Source: Haliotis rufescens (lineage: Eukaryota). From it: 64,000 nucleotides of DNA. The stretch covers positions 44,702,001 to 44,766,000 of the forward strand of contig NW_025964223.1 of the NCBI RefSeq assembly GCF_023055435.1. Reading direction: 5' to 3'. Below are positions 1 through 14,149 of this stretch, piece by piece. The first letter of the stretch is position 1, and each line of letters begins with the position of its first letter. The notes under the pieces are model-generated. The model did not search any database, had not been told where the DNA came from, and saw only the letters and a list, made by a program, of their open reading frames with translations. The translations under genes and the position numbers were made by a program.

Positions 1-734
1 AAGTTGTTTTGGGTATTGCCACCAGCCGGGTGCAGAGTAGAGGCGATCGTTTCGTTTTGGGGAGACCTGTGTCGTACATATAATACCAGAGTGGATTCCA
101 TGAATGTTAAGGATATGGCTAGCGGTTGTGCGTCAAGTAACATTCAACATTGTAAGATAATTTCCTTTTCACTTTTAGGGTGCAGGTTCCACTCAGCCAT
201 ATGTGTATGGTATAATATCATACTATTTCAAGTCTGCAACATGATATTGTGCGAAACTAAACTGAACAAAACAAAATAATCTGTGTTTTGGTATCACTTG
301 ATATCCATGTGTCGTAGATGGCGATCATTCTGATTATTTTCCTCACTGTTTTCGGTCACAGCAGCAAGGTGTGATCAGGATCGCGTAAATAAATGAGTAG
401 TAGAAGTAAGTACGATCGACGATTCATCTTTTTATACACAGATTATCGAATATCTTAAAAACAGAAATGTCCCATAACAAAAGTATCGAAAGTATTGAAA
501 TGCGGACAATAAATGCAATTGAAGAATCAGTTACCTAAACGTACTGTCGTTCAGTGTCGTCATGGTCAATGTAAGCCATGACTGGTCACGAGAGGGTCAT
601 CTTAGTCAAGGACTGACAGTTACACATAATTGTCCTCATCAGCATTCATTAACAGAACATTAACAGAACACAAGGTTCTTTCCGTAGATAAGTTTAGCAA
701 GCGTCACACAGTGGGTAAACAGAGTGATGGTGAT

Positions 735-900
735 GTGTCTACTGCAAAGCCCTACGTTACTTCGTATAGCAACAAAGCATAGACATCACGATATATTATT
801 CAATTATTAATACACACTTTGTGTCTACTGCAAAGCCCTACGTTACTTCGTATAGCCACAACGCATAGACATCGCGATATATTATTCAATTATTAATATA
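735..900. repeat. Local tandem duplication of about 78 bp
   Basis: tgtctactgcaaagccctacgttacttcgtatagc...tattattcaattattaata at 735 and 823. Confidence 0.85.
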
Positions 901-1494
901 ATTATTAATTATATTAATCTCAAATGCCGCTGTCTATGGCCAAAATAAAAAAAAGTTCACAAAACTCTGGTCCTATCGAATACACTGGCTCTTTTCCGGT
1001 CGTGAAAATTCATGTCCTGATTGGTAAGGTGTTTGTTCCAAACGCTGTCCACTTTGTGCGAGGTCACAACAAATTCAATGACTGAATATAAGGCCTTGGT
1101 CCTGGGATGGGCATCCAGATGAAATGCTCGGCATAGTGAGAGAGTACACATTGTACTCCTGATGTATTCACAGCTTTGAGATTGGGGTAATTAACATCGT
1201 TTGGAGATGTGGAGGTCTGCAGTGCAGGCAGAGAATGATATCCACTCATGGCTTGCCTTATGTTCAGCGCCAGAGCTCATGGGACAGCGTACGTCAGCGT
1301 AGCCAATTGATCGATTTGGTGTGGACCAGACGACAGCAGGGAAAGTACCCGACTCTCCTCCCAACAGAATGGGGTCCGGCCATTAATCTACAACAATCTA
1401 ACATAAGAGTGTTACACCACTACGAACGTGTGAGTGGTACAATACGAAGTGGGCAAATCATAAATACATCCGAATAAACAATTGTATGTGATAC

Positions 1495-1725
1495 AGTGTG
1501 TGGCAGTGATCAATGCTAATGGTGGTCACACCAGGTATTGACTGACATTTTGTGTATTGACCCGAAACTGTGTAAGCTCTTAACATTTGAAAAAAACAAT
1601 TATGCCATCTGCCTTTTAATCCATTAAACTGTCTTCAGTCATTTTTTTTGTCAATCGTGCCCTATTAGTATTTCTTGTCTTTACTGTTGAAAATAAATAA
1701 CATGTATACTGCATACTCGAGTATA
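1495..1725 (+). mobile_element. 3' fragment of a Tc1-like element
   Basis: Closely matches 58730-58940 of the full-length Tc1 element (ggcagtgatca...cacaccaggtattgactgacatttt...catactcga). Confidence 0.75.
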
Positions 1726-1983
1726 TATACCTATATGCACAAATGTATCTTCCTACCACTTCAGTAAGAAGGATAAGAATAAAAGTGTTAATATAAAAAC
1801 ACCTAGACATTTGGTAGCTCTAAAGTACGTGCATACAGATAGTTACTTTAACTTGAACATAAGTCAAAAACACGATAAAGGTTTGACCGATACAAACATC
1901 TGTTGTGTAGCATACAATGACATCATACTGAAGTGAGATAAGGACATTCTTTTGGTGGTGGTCGTGTTTGACGAAGTGAGAGG

Positions 1984-4900
1984 ATGTTGCTGTATATTTT
2001 GCTGCTACTACTTCACACAAAATGTATTGAAGGTACATCGGAATCATGTAAGTAATAAGGTTCCGAATATAATTACCTTTTTTTATTTGTACAAAAACAT
2101 GTATACACGCATATGTGGAATATGTTCTGTTCACTTAGCGTATATGCCATACGTTATGTAAAATACATAGTGCATGTACATGCGGTTAGTGGCATATAGC
2201 AAGGAGCAGGTTATAGATTGTTCAGTGTTTCTGGAAAGAGTATTTTACAAAAATGACGTGAATTCATATTGACGAAAGAAAAGCGTGCAGTAATAACTGT
2301 GATTTGGTTGGTTGGTTGGTTGTTTAACGCCGCACTAAGCAATATTCCAGCTATATGGCGGCGGTCTGTAAATAATCGAGTCTGGACCAGACAATCCAGT
2401 GATTAATATCATGATCATCGATCCATGCAATTTGGATCGATGACATGCATCAACCAAGTCAGCGAGCCTTGACCACCCGATCCCGTTAGTCGCCTTTTAC
2501 GACAAGCATAGTCGCCTTTTACGGCAAGCATGGGTTGCTGAAGAAGCTGAAGTTTGCTATTCTACCCCGGATCATAACTGTGAAGCATGTTCATACTAAC
2601 AGTAGATTGTAACATTCCACTTCTTGGGACCTCATAATATTATATTCATAATTGTAATGTATACGCAAGATGAAGTACACGTTGCAATTGTCGACTTTAT
2701 TTTATTGATTGGGGAACATTAAAAAATACAATCACGAAGACGTCAATGATTTAAAAGAGGAACCGTAAATATTTTCATTTGTCCTTGGGAATCTTTATAT
2801 AGTACTTTCTTACAGTGATAAAGTAATAATTTACAATGCAGACATAAATATTCCATCAACGGGACATATAATTCCCGTTGACATCTGTGTAAGCAAAAAT
2901 GTGCTTCGCATAATTATGAAATATAGACATATCAAAGGTCTAAGTCTTTCACCATCGGCAAATTATTGGCGAGCTAAATATCCAGTCCAAGAATATCCAC
3001 GGGCATCGGATTTAGAGGACTAGAGTGAGTGAGTGAGTGAGTCTGGTTTAACGCCGCTTTTAACAGTATTCCAGTCATATTACGGCGTGTCAGCTTCATG
3101 TGGGAGGAATGCCCGAAGTGATGCAGGTCTCAGACGTTTACCACTTCGGTAAAACCCACGAACACTGGTATATGGTGCTGACAAACCTAGAAACATAATC
3201 GGGGCGAACCGGGATTCGAACCCACAATCATAGGTTTCTGGCGTGCTTAAGGGACGCAACTCTGTACAGCAAATCGCGGCGCCTTAGACGACTGGGACTA
3301 AGGGATAGTTTAAAGAGAAACGTTATAATCAGTTGGTATACAAACTGCAGGGAATGGTGCTTAGATAACTAGAGACACGATGAAAAATTGAAATAGGTAT
3401 GTGCCTATTGAACAAATTCTTAAATGAATATATTATTAAAAAAAACCCAGGGAACTTATCATTATTATGTGTCTATGAATCACTATCAAATTGTGATGAT
3501 ACCAAGTGTTCGCGAAAAAGGTGAGGGCATCCTGCTTTACTGGTGGCACCAGTCACACACGCAAAGGCAAAAACATAACTTCGCTTCATAGACTGATGCA
3601 AGGAACGAATTGCCATATGCTCAGAATGTATCCAATTTGCATTTTTGGGTGAGGGTAACATTTTAACCAGATCAGGCCATCCTACATGTATTTGAAAAGA
3701 CAAAGCTAAATTGTGGTATGGTGATAGGGAACTATCAGGATTGTTGTCACAATGACAGTGCAGAACAACACCATTTAAGCCATATCAGCGTAATATCAGA
3801 GAATGAATGTTTAGATTGACATTGGTCACAATATACATTTTTGATATGCTTGACTTTCAGGCAACTGCTGCCCAGATGCATGGATCCGGTACGGTAATTC
3901 CTGCTACATGTTTGTTGGTACCACGGAGACATGGGTGGAGGCATCTGTGAGTATCAGTATGTCACCCCTAAAAGTTGCATATACACAATATAAATATCCA
4001 CACATGCACTCCAACAGATTACAGTTTATTGAAATGTGAACTTCATCTTTCAAAGCAGTTAAGAGAGAACATTTAAAGACAAACATATATGTATCAATAA
4101 CGGAACTCTTTTTTTGTAAACATTGTACATATATATGTTAATACTGGAAACTATAATTAATGAATGTGTGAAGGAGCAGCTGTCAAATGAAAGGCGTTTT
4201 ATAGTTTTCAAACGAAAATGAAAGACAATTCTTACTTGAAATCCTGTGTATATCTGTGAAATAATGTATACAATGACTACATACTGGCGGCTTTGTTTCT
4301 TTTTCATTGATAGAGATGAACATTCTAAAGAACATTTGCAAACTTTCCACATGTGGTTATCTCTGAGTATAATTAAATTCATACCCTGTGCCGTAATGGA
4401 CTGCTAATCGAGTTCTTTTCCGTGTCATCTGTATACATGATGTTTGTAAAATTCGACTATCTGTACCTAAGGTTACAAATGACGATTCATCAGTAAGTGA
4501 ACGAAATGCACCCAAATACTTCGTAATTATTATGAAACAATTCCATAATGATATACGAAAAATATTTGACATTTCAAATATTATTACCTCTGAAATAAAT
4601 AGTGAACATGTTTGAAATTGGCAGGTGCATGTTATGATACAGGCAGGTTGAAGCGACATCTATACTGGGGAAATCATTGTGATTAGTCAGTTAAATGGAC
4701 CTTGTTATGAACAATGGGAATATTTCTGTATGCAAAAGTAATGTGTGACAATAACAAGCGAACTGCTGAACGCCCCCAATGACTTTAAAGTGATATCTTT
4801 CAATGACGGTTGTATTGTGGTATCAGGTTAGTTGTGAAGGAAAACTTGAATGAAACATTTTGATGGCTACTAGCGTATTATAATTGTGTAGTTTCATTTA

Positions 4901-5737
4901 TATTGAATATCAAATGTTGAATATGTACACGATATCAACTCCGTTAATGTTACACTTGAGTTAAATGTTTTGAAATCTTGGTGTCTTTCAGCAACAATGT
5001 CTTATGCGTGGATCGGCATTGGCTGCTATTGAGACTGCTGAAGAAAATGCATTCATAACTGGCTATCTGAAGGTGTTTGGCGGTAATAACTAACCTACAC
5101 ATACATTAATGTACACTATATAGTTTACGTTGTTATGACACTTCATATTGGTTAGGTGAGGGACTGACTGCTAATTAAAGTGCAATTCTGTTTGTGCAAG
5201 CCATTGTTTCTACATAATACCATAGATTTGTTACATGGTTGGTTCTTACTACATCCGCAGATATTGGTGCCAATATGCAGACGTGGATAGGTGGCAGTGA
5301 CGTAGAGATAGAGGGAATATGGAAGTGGGCCTCGAGTGGAGAACGTGTGACATACACTAACTGGGCACCCACCGAGCCCGACGAAACTGGAGACTGTATG
5401 GTCATATGGCCAGCCGGTGGCTACAACTACAGATGGGCAGATTATCCGTGCCACAGCCTAGCAAAGTTCATCTGCGAAAAAAAGTATGATTTGATGCTGA
5501 TATTGCACTCATTGAGATTGTTCCTCAAGTACACTACACTATTATCATGGAGCGATGCAATCATTTAGTTCCTAGATTGCCTTTTCAATATCATGGACTC
5601 ATATATCATGTATTGTCAATTTATAATAGTTCAGGGCGACATATATCGCCAATTTGAAGACTTTATTTTATGGAATAAGATGGTAAAATCATGGTCCTTT
5701 AATTTTCAGGATAACAGCCGGAAGTCTTGTTGGATAA
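1984..5737 (+). CDS. Secreted perlucin-like C-type lectin, copy A1 (about 158 aa, EPD/WAD)
   Basis: Exons 1984-2032 (signal MLLYILLLLLHTKCIEG), 3861-3946 (NCCPDAWIRYGNSCY), 4992-5082 (QQC..LAAIETAEEN.FI), 5261-5483 (WIGGSD..EGIWKW..YTNW..EPD..DC..WADYPC..FICEK), 5710-5737 (KITAGSLVG*). All introns GT-AG with compatible phases (1,0,1,2); 477 nt open frame; AATAAA at 5786. Confidence 0.9.
2303..2573 (-). mobile_element. SINE-like element with non-tRNA head and (AACC)n tail
   Basis: 10-bp TSD ataactgtga (2293-2302 / 2574-2583); near-identical to the copy at 52067-52331. Confidence 0.85.
3023..3300 (-). mobile_element. tRNA-derived SINE, second family, (ACTC)n tail
   Basis: Minus strand has an A-box-like agtcgtctaaggcg, B-box gggttcgaatccc and the shared tail tggaatactgttaaaagcggcgttaaac followed by (actc)n. 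Confidence 0.7.
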
Positions 5738-7109
5738 TCAAAATACATTATTTACATTTTGCAGGAAGGACGTAAAATGTTCAAAAATAAAATTGTAAGA
5801 CATCATGACCATGTGTTTGTTTTACTTTTGAGTCAACTGACATCTGATTTAGATTAGAACCCGTATCTTCACACAGATGGATTGTACTTTCCAGGAAAGG
5901 GGAAGTAAAATGAGACATTCCTATCTTGTATTTTATTACCCCAAACATTAACATTATCGTTTTCCTCTCTTGTTGATTTTCAAAAATATGTACTTAAAGT
6001 TGCTTCAGTGCGAGATTCAGAATGGGGGGACATCTTTGTTGCCACCATTTCACCTACACTCCAATATGCCTACACTATGTATTATGAAAACAATTTTACA
6101 CTCAACTGAGCATGGCCCGAGACTGAGTTAGGTGCACATTGTGATGTTCTGGGGTAGCTACAAAATCACGACCAAATGGGATGGAATAAATACATCATGA
6201 CCAAAAGGGCCGGAATAAAAATCACAGTTCAGTTCATACCCCCGTGGCCAAACACAACGTGAGGCGGAAGTTCCAGTCCATCTTGTGTTCATCCTTTCCT
6301 GTATCCTGTTTGCATGCACTGCACCATCTGTGGCTTTCATCCACTACGTGATGTGCAGTTAATAAGTTGAGTCTTAACTTGCTTACAGTTTGTGATCAAC
6401 CAGTCTTGACTACTGTCACGACCTACGCCGACTAAGGCCGGACAAAAGTATAGTATGACTATACGAGGCAGTGAAACACAAGACAAATGTGCAAGAATCA
6501 TATTCTTACACGTTCACTTAAAGTGTCACGAAAAATAGAATTGCATTTATATAGCCAGTATGATGTACACTTTGATGACCAAGACAGACAGTGCGTAAAC
6601 TTAGCTCCTGCGCTTAATTAAAATATTAATTTTGAGGTATGTATTTGTAACAACCAAAAGAAAATGTAAAAGTGCAAATTAGGACTCGAGGTTTGGCTTA
6701 ATTAGCACAGTTGGCTAGGTATGGAAGCTGGTTGGCTATTGCCACCAGCCGGGTGCAGAGCAGAGGCGATCGTTTCATTAGTTTTGGGGATGCCTGTGTT
6801 GCATATATAATACCAGTGTGGATTCCATGTATGTCAAGGGTATGACTAGTGGCTGTGCGTTGTGTAACATTCATTCAACTTGAAAAATATAACATTGTAA
6901 GATAATTTCCTTTTCACTTTTAGGATGCGGGTTCCACTCAGCCATATGTGTATAGTGTAATATAAAATGTTAGCAAGTAACACGGTTTCACAGAGTTATT
7001 TCAAGGTTGCAAGATGATATTGTGAGAAACTAAATTAAACAAATAAACCAATCTGTTGTGTCGAGGATGGTGATCATCCTCATTATTTTCATCACTGTTT
7101 TCGGTCACA

Positions 7110-8260
7110 GATAGTTGTCCCCACTGACAAAGCGACGAATAGCATCAGCATTATCCCTACTTTAATTTAAGGCCAGTATATTTACAGAAATATGCCCAAA
7201 CCATGCATCAGTACTATCACCTTTTGGCTTGACTTTAAAACCTGAAGCATGTTCATTCCTCCTTTGTACTGGATTCAAAAGCAAGGATAGATAAATTGCT
7301 GGATACGGCAAATGTACCACCAAATCCCTGGCTCAACGATTAACCATAATTCTTAATACAATCCAGGAAGGACTTTCCCAATTCAGAGAAAGTATTTGAG
7401 ACTAGTGGAATTAATACCATGTGGATTCCCAAAAAACTCAAAGGATTTGCTGAACTATTTACAATCTCAGAAAAGAACCAGGTTCAATTACATATGTGCT
7501 TTTTCAACTCTGTACGCCACTATTCCACATGATAAAAATCTTTTCCTTGATCCATGGAGATTTTGTAAGAAAACGTGATGACCATAGATATAAATGTTGT
7601 CGGAATTTCTCCTTGGATTGGCAAAGTCTAAACAAAGCAATTTGGCCAAAAATGTATTTTAAGCTTTATGTACATTGATGATCTGATATCGTTCAATAGC
7701 TACCCACCTAAACGAGAAATAAAGGAGAACTGTGAGCCCGCCTCATCTGTTTCATATTTAGATCTATGCATATAGAATCAGTGTGACAAAACACAACCCA
7801 CAAGATTATATGACAAGAGAGGTGACGTCACCTTTCCAATAGTCAACTTTTCCTTTATGTCGAGCAATATTCCTGCAGCTCCAGCCCTCTGTGTCTACAT
7901 TACGCATCTTTTGAGATGCAATCGAACATGCTCTTTCAACCAAGATTTCAAAGAGCGTCATACGACTCTTGTTCAGAAGCAGTTTACCCTAAGTTACAAC
8001 CATACAAGGCCTCAGCAAAGCTTTCAAAATGTTTTATGGTGGACATGTGGACAACATTTCCAAATTTGACGCATCAGTGACAAGAAAGATGTCCGATGTA
8101 ATTCCCTATTTTGACTTGTTCCATATGTTCCCGAGTTTCAGGTGAGCAGTTGACTTGCCCTTGCATGTGTTTGTGACAGGTGCCACTGGTGGGGCAGGAT
8201 ACGCTCACCTGAACACCTGGTATTATCACTATTTGATAGTTATTCATACTTGCATGCTCA
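7110..8260 (+). mobile_element. Degenerate Penelope-like retroelement (Naiad/Chlamys-type RT), internally deleted
   Basis: Frameshifted RT motifs LYWI.K, KCTTK.L, KNSKDLL, FSTLYATIPHDK, YIDDL, SSVSYLDL, LYDKR.D..FPIVNF.FMSSNIPAAPA..VYI, followed by the family 3' end. Confidence 0.75.
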
Positions 8261-8926
8261 TGACAGTCAGTAAAAAAGACGGAAATATTCTAGGCCTTAG
8301 AAAAAGTACCACTCTGGTGAAATACATGGTGCTCACAACACACGAAACTTAATGATGGAGAATCTGGAATTTGAAAGCCCGATTGTTGGCTTACTTGACG
8401 CCTATGAGAAGCCTTAGGCGACTGGACCACCCATTACGAGAGCGTTATATTTTGGATCAATCGTAATTTCAGTAAACGGTACTTCAACTGCATCACAAAT
8501 GTCAGCATAATGTTGAGGAATGTTGAAACAAACTGGTCGGTTAAAGTGATTCTGCGAGGACAGAATTATAGGACGGCTTGTGGACGCAATTCTTTCCAAC
8601 CTTATTGACGTCGCCTCAGAAAACTGAGCTGCCGGTGACAGCAGAATAATACTATGTTTTAACAATAAAAAACCCAAATATATTGAACAATTAGCAAATT
8701 CTTATCACAAATAGATAAACATGTACATGCAAGAGCTGAACTGGACAAATAGTCAAATCTGATTTAATGGGGTGAGATTTAAATTACATACGGGGACAAT
8801 GTGGACGTGTCGCAGCAGTCATCAAAACTATCGAACTACGTTAATGTATGTGCCACGTGACCAAGCAGCCAGAATAATCGAATTAGATAAGCTAGTGTAG
8901 ATTCTCGTTACATTTGCCACGACAAA

Positions 8927-10802
8927 ATGACGTTGTTCTTCCTATCCCTGATAGTGCTGGTGACCACCACTGTCCAAGGTAATGCAAAGTACAGGTGTGT
9001 GGCAGGACATTCCGGATAGATGAACAAGGATTGTGTGTTTACAACTTTCAGTGACCTGAAATTTATCAGCGATATATAATTGTATGTATTTATCTATTTG
9101 TTATCTATAAGGTATTATTACTCTCGCTTGACATGGTATCCTGACTGGAATATGTTCTTAAATTGATCATATGTAGGTTCTTTTTTCAGACGTAGAAATA
9201 GAAAGTCGTTAATTATGATCATCAATAGGTTGATATCGTTACACTTTTCCTCAGTGTCGAAAATGCAGTTATCCCAATGTGCTCAGCTGTTTCATAAAGA
9301 AACCTGTCGTCGTCATAATAAACTCTCGATGGTTCGTCAATCTCACAACACATATTTTCCAGGATGTTGTCCAGACGGATGGATCCGGCATAGTGACTCC
9401 TGTTACATGTTTGTAGCAACCAAGGCAACGTGGCTCAGGGCGGCTGTAGGTACAGTATGCTACCCAAAGCTACAAGAGTAGTAGAAGTTAATCTGTGAAG
9501 ATGACACAACCAACTTTTTTGTTTTACGCAGTACTCAGCAATATTCCAGCTATATCACCTCAGTCTGTACAAACTGAGACTAGACCGACAGACTAGTGGT
9601 TAATAGCATGAAAACGACCCATACCGAAACACAATCAGCAGTTTCACACATTATAACCACGAAATCCTCGTTAGTGGGTGCTCTTGTAAAGTTTGGTGTA
9701 CGGCGAATATTTGCCAAGGGAGCAACAATCCTCGGCCTTGTTTAACCTGGATGTTCACATATTTACTGATGTAGAATGTTATTATTGAATTGACGCAAGA
9801 GCGTTGCGGAGGCACATGCAATCCTCACAGAGATATCAATCTACTTCAGCAAATGTGTTCGGAACGTGGAGCAGTGTTGGTAGCTATTGAAACTGCGGCT
9901 GAAAATACCTTCATACGGGACTACCTACGGATGTTTGCAGGTAAATGACCTGTCCTTTATAATTAGAATTAGGTACCATTTGCAGTTCAAAGCTTAGAGA
10001 TATATCTTTGGGTAATAGAAGCGTCCTACATTTACGTAAGTATTGTTCTTTAATGTATTTGCAACAAGAGATGACTATCAAGACTTACTATGCTAGGCAC
10101 ACAAGATATTTATAAAGTTGAACGATTTATGGTTGTGTTTGTCATGCGTTCATTCTGAAGTGTACATGTGTATCCAGGTCTTGGTGCTGATATCCCTACG
10201 TGGATCGGTGGCACAGATGCGCAGGTGGAAGGTGTATGGAGGTGGTCCCCGAGTGGGAACAGACTGACCTATGTTGACTGGGACCTGAGCGAGCCAGCTG
10301 GTTGTCCTACCTGTGGAGATTGCCTGATTATATGGCCCGGCTACAACTATCACTGGGGAGATTACCCATGTTATCATAAGAAGAGTTTCATGTGCGAAAG
10401 AAGGTAGTGCATACAAATAAATTCTGTTTCATGGGCTTTATAAGTGACTTTCTGAAAAAGCTTGTATCACACTTTCATCTGTGCCTCTGTCAATTGGGGC
10501 GGTCGGGTAGCCTAGTGGTTAAAGCGTTCGCTCGTCACGCCGAAGACCGGGTTCGATTCCCGACATGGGTACAATGTGTGAAGCCCATTTCTGGTGTCCC
10601 CCGCCGTGATATTGCTGGAATATTGCTAAAAGCGGCGTAAAACCATACTCACTCACTCACACTGTCAATTAACATGTATTGATTCTAGTGGTTTTACCTC
10701 TCGCATTACCGGAAATGTGAATCAGGTACAGAATTTTCTGAGGTAAATGATCATAACTCCATTTATGTCAACAGGGTTCCGAATGGCAACATCATTGGAT
10801 AA
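8927..10802 (+). CDS. Secreted perlucin-like C-type lectin, divergent copy B1 (about 159 aa, EPA/WGD)
   Basis: Exons 8927-8978 (MTLFFLSLIVLVTTTVQG), 9363-9445 (CCPDGWIRHSDSCY), 9850-9940, 10178-10403 (WIGGTD..EPAGCPTCGDC..WGDYPC..FMCER), 10775-10802 (RVPNGNIIG*). GT-AG introns with the same phases as the A copies; 480 nt open frame. Confidence 0.9.
10496..10661 (+). mobile_element. tRNA-derived SINE in B1 intron 4
   Basis: A box tagcctagtgg, B box ggttcgattcc, (actc)n tail, 9-bp TSD ctgtcaatt (10487-10495 / 10662-10670). Confidence 0.9.
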
Positions 10803-11699
10803 ACATAAATTGTACTCCTTGCTGTTCCACCAAGGCTATCATTATACCTATGGCTATTCGCAGACAGAAACTATGTGAAAATGATAAATGAATATGTTTA
10901 AACATAAAAAAAATATTTGTTTGTTTTTTATTATTCATAGAACTAACAACCATAGGCATAATCGACATTGCTTAATTCATCATCTACATTATGGGTATAC
11001 CAGGTTTACAGCAGAAATGTCACATTGAGAACTCTCACTTTTAAGTACACAAAATGGAGAATATATTTTATTCTGTTGAGTAGAGAGATATCGCCCTCAA
11101 GGTCCAAATGTTTAGTTTGTTAACTGCCACATGGAATCATGCCTCCATTTCGAATCGTCAGCCATAGCCAGCGTCTTAAAACAGTGTGGGTTTCAGTAAA
11201 TTCAAACAATCTTATATTTAATTCCGTGTTCACTTTACACCTATGCTGTCTTAATGTCGGTGAAAGGTGACAACATAATAAAAGAAGTTTCTCTGGATTG
11301 GCGGTTGGGGGCCTATCAGTAAGATCATTTGGGGCATTTGGCTTTTTTTCTGACCCTGACACTATGACATAGAAGCTGTCGTGACATGGACTGAATATTC
11401 TGTGCTGCAATTTTAAACAAAATTCAGCTAGCATTTGGTGAAAATAGTGGCAAAATATGTAGGTTAGCCCTCACTAGTGAGGAATGCCATTTAGTTTTAC
11501 ATGTATTCTCTATATTATGCCATTATGGTACTTAAATATGACAGTACGTTCTGCATAATAACGAGGGTAGGAAGCAGGCAGAATGACCGTGGTTTTATCT
11601 AGTGCACCGACTAAAATAGTTTTTTAAACTTTTGAACTCATGTCAGAATTTGACGCTTGTATTCATAATGGCTACACATTATTATTTTCGTAATAATGT

Positions 11700-11918
11700 G
11701 AAAAGCAATATTACTAAAAACACCTCGACATGAGATAGCGACGAAATGCTTCTTTACGTGCAACATCTAGATACATTAATTTGAATATGAGAAAACCAAC
11801 ATACGATAAAGGTTTGGCCAATAGAAACACCCATAGTGTAACCTACATGTAAATGAAAACATGGCGCCATACCGAAGCAAGATGAAAGGACGTTATTTTT
11901 GTGGTGGGCGTGTCTGAC
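11700..11918 (+). pseudogene. Promoter/5' remnant of an A-type lectin gene, truncated just before the ATG
   Basis: Aligns to the blocks upstream of A1 (about 1790-1972), A2 (14425-14620) and A3 (24150-24340): cgataaaggtttggcc...aaggac.ttatttttgtggtgg.cgtgt.tgac. Homology stops about 12 nt before the paralogous ATG. Confidence 0.65.
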
Positions 11919-12992
11919 CATGCATCATAGTGATTGGGAAAAGTTCAAAGCCGCTCAGCGAGGCCAAGTTGCATATTTTGACCACCTGATCCTCACTTGT
12001 TATCCCCAGGATTAGTGTAAAGCACACGGTTGTTCGATATCTACATTATGTGTTGTTGTTATCAGTATTAACACGACGTTATATACTCGAGCTGGAATAT
12101 TGCTGAGTGTGTCGTTAACAACAAAACAAACACATAGTTTGCAAAAAAACTTCTGCAAATGTTAATGTGATATTACCAGTTCAGTGTATGTGTCACAACA
12201 TGTCTCCTAACATGTGAGGTATGGTTCGGCGAAGGTCATACCTTAGTGACGCCCCTTATCAGTCAAACTGACATTTGGTATTCCCGTATTGTTCAGATCT
12301 AACGGTATCTTAGATAGCTTTACATTGACATATGTGCCAATTCCCGTCGGTAACTTATTGGCCTATACAGCAGAAGGTGCGTGTTTGATAGATTTCTAAA
12401 CGGGGAAGTGAGTAGTTGGATGGAGTATTTGGTTCAGCAACCTTGTAATGCTACATGAGCTAGTGGGAAGAGGTCTTGGGTGATTTTGGAAACAAAGAGG
12501 GATGAGCACGTTGACGAATCCTTTTACTTAACATGCGCTAGAAAATGGATTTGGAAGTGCCATTCAAAGTACATGTATGTGTTGCTAAATATGCCGTTTA
12601 TTAACAAAAGCCTTGAATTTATTTGTTCAACATTAATTTTAATACAAGTTACACGTAGAAATTCCGTGAGAAACATATATAGGTCACATTATTCCATAAA
12701 TAACACAATGTGTAACGTGACGTTTTATGTGTCACCACACCCCAATGATGTAGGTCATTGATCCTCATATCAAGCCCTTGTTTAACTGACCAAGCATCGA
12801 TTATTTACAGACTACCCAGATATAAAATGGAACAATAAAGACTGCAGCCGTAATCAGAACACTTTCTGCTAGTATGTGTTTCAGCCTAGATATGAATGAT
12901 ATACCGAAATAGTAACACAAATGTAATAGGTGGGAGGAGAATATCCGTTGCGGCTGTTCGCGGTTCTCCCCTTCTAATTTTATCACCGATGT

Positions 12993-13175
12993 AGGATCGG
13001 GTGGTCAGGCTCGCTAACTTGGTTGACGCATGACATTGTATCCCGAATGCGTTGATCGATGCTCATGACACCAATCACTGGATTGTCTTGTCCAGACTCG
13101 ATTATTTACAAACCGGCGTTAAATAGCTGGAATTTTGCTGAGTACGGAGTTAAACAACAATCCAACAAACAAAAA
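12993..13175 (+). mobile_element. 5'-truncated copy of the non-tRNA-headed SINE
   Basis: ggatcgggtggtcaggctcgct...ccagactcgattatttaca...gctggaattttgctgagtacggagttaaacaacaa matches the 2303 and 52067 copies. Confidence 0.8.
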
Positions 13176-14149
13176 TGTCAAAGTGATGCGCTGCATTATC
13201 GTTTGTTACGTGTATGTCATTCAAATGATATAATATCAAATTGTTTAAATGGTAATGTATAACCCAAACTTTTATCCCGGTATTATGCAGTTATTTTTGA
13301 AGCAGTCATGTCTGGTATAATTATAGTTTAATTAGCGTCTAGATCGCCTTATGTTAAGTTTCCGTACTATTTATTTTCATCTGTTCATGCTACCACTAAG
13401 TGTACACTTTTAAACTCAATTTGCTGGTCAACACAGAGTGCCTATGGTATGTGTATTATTTATGCTATCTGTGATTTAAGCAATTCCGAGGATATTGCAA
13501 TTGGTCGGAAGTGATTTGATATGATACATCAGGGGAAACTGAAATTCGTTTGTAAACCGATGTAATTTCGATTCATATTTTCATCAAACAGAAACAAGAT
13601 GACATAATATTTCAAGATATCACCACTGTCGAATATTTGTCGTAAGCTCATACTTATGTGTGATAAAGACAAACACTGTAACTTCAGAGTGAACACACAC
13701 GTTGTCTACCAACCGATCATGCATGACCATGACTTTGAACTCACACCGGAGGAAAGAACTGTCTGGAATAATAGACTAGTGATGATGACGTTATTTCTGC
13801 TTTGGATGACGTTTTACACCACCAGGAGGCGGCCTTCTACACCAGTTGGATCCCGACAGTCGAGCATCGTTGGCAGAAGACCTCGGAGAGGATTATGTTG
13901 AAAAAATAATTAGCAACCAACTCCGTTTACGCAGTCCATCGAAGTTAATCTCTGAAGTTTTCAGCCACCCCTCGTAGTAAAACAGACCGATGCAAATAGA
14001 CTGCAACAGTTCGCATTTATTTCTTGAATGGATCAAAGACAAACCTCTTTAAGATATTCCATGTGGGCACTTAGCAAGTTACAACAACAAGGTTAGGGAT
14101 AAACCTGAACGGTACATCAACGGAATAAACCCTTGCATCACAATGCGTC

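Noticed and set aside
318-368. Hydrophobic ORF as the signal-peptide exon of lectin A1
   Set aside because: The AAG/GT donor is phase 0 while exon 2 needs phase 1; a better exon at 1984-2032 is conserved in A2 and A3.
10496-10575. tRNA gene (also 27611, 43009)
   Set aside because: A/B boxes are followed by a SINE body, (ACTC)n tail and TSDs; these are SINE heads, not tRNA genes.
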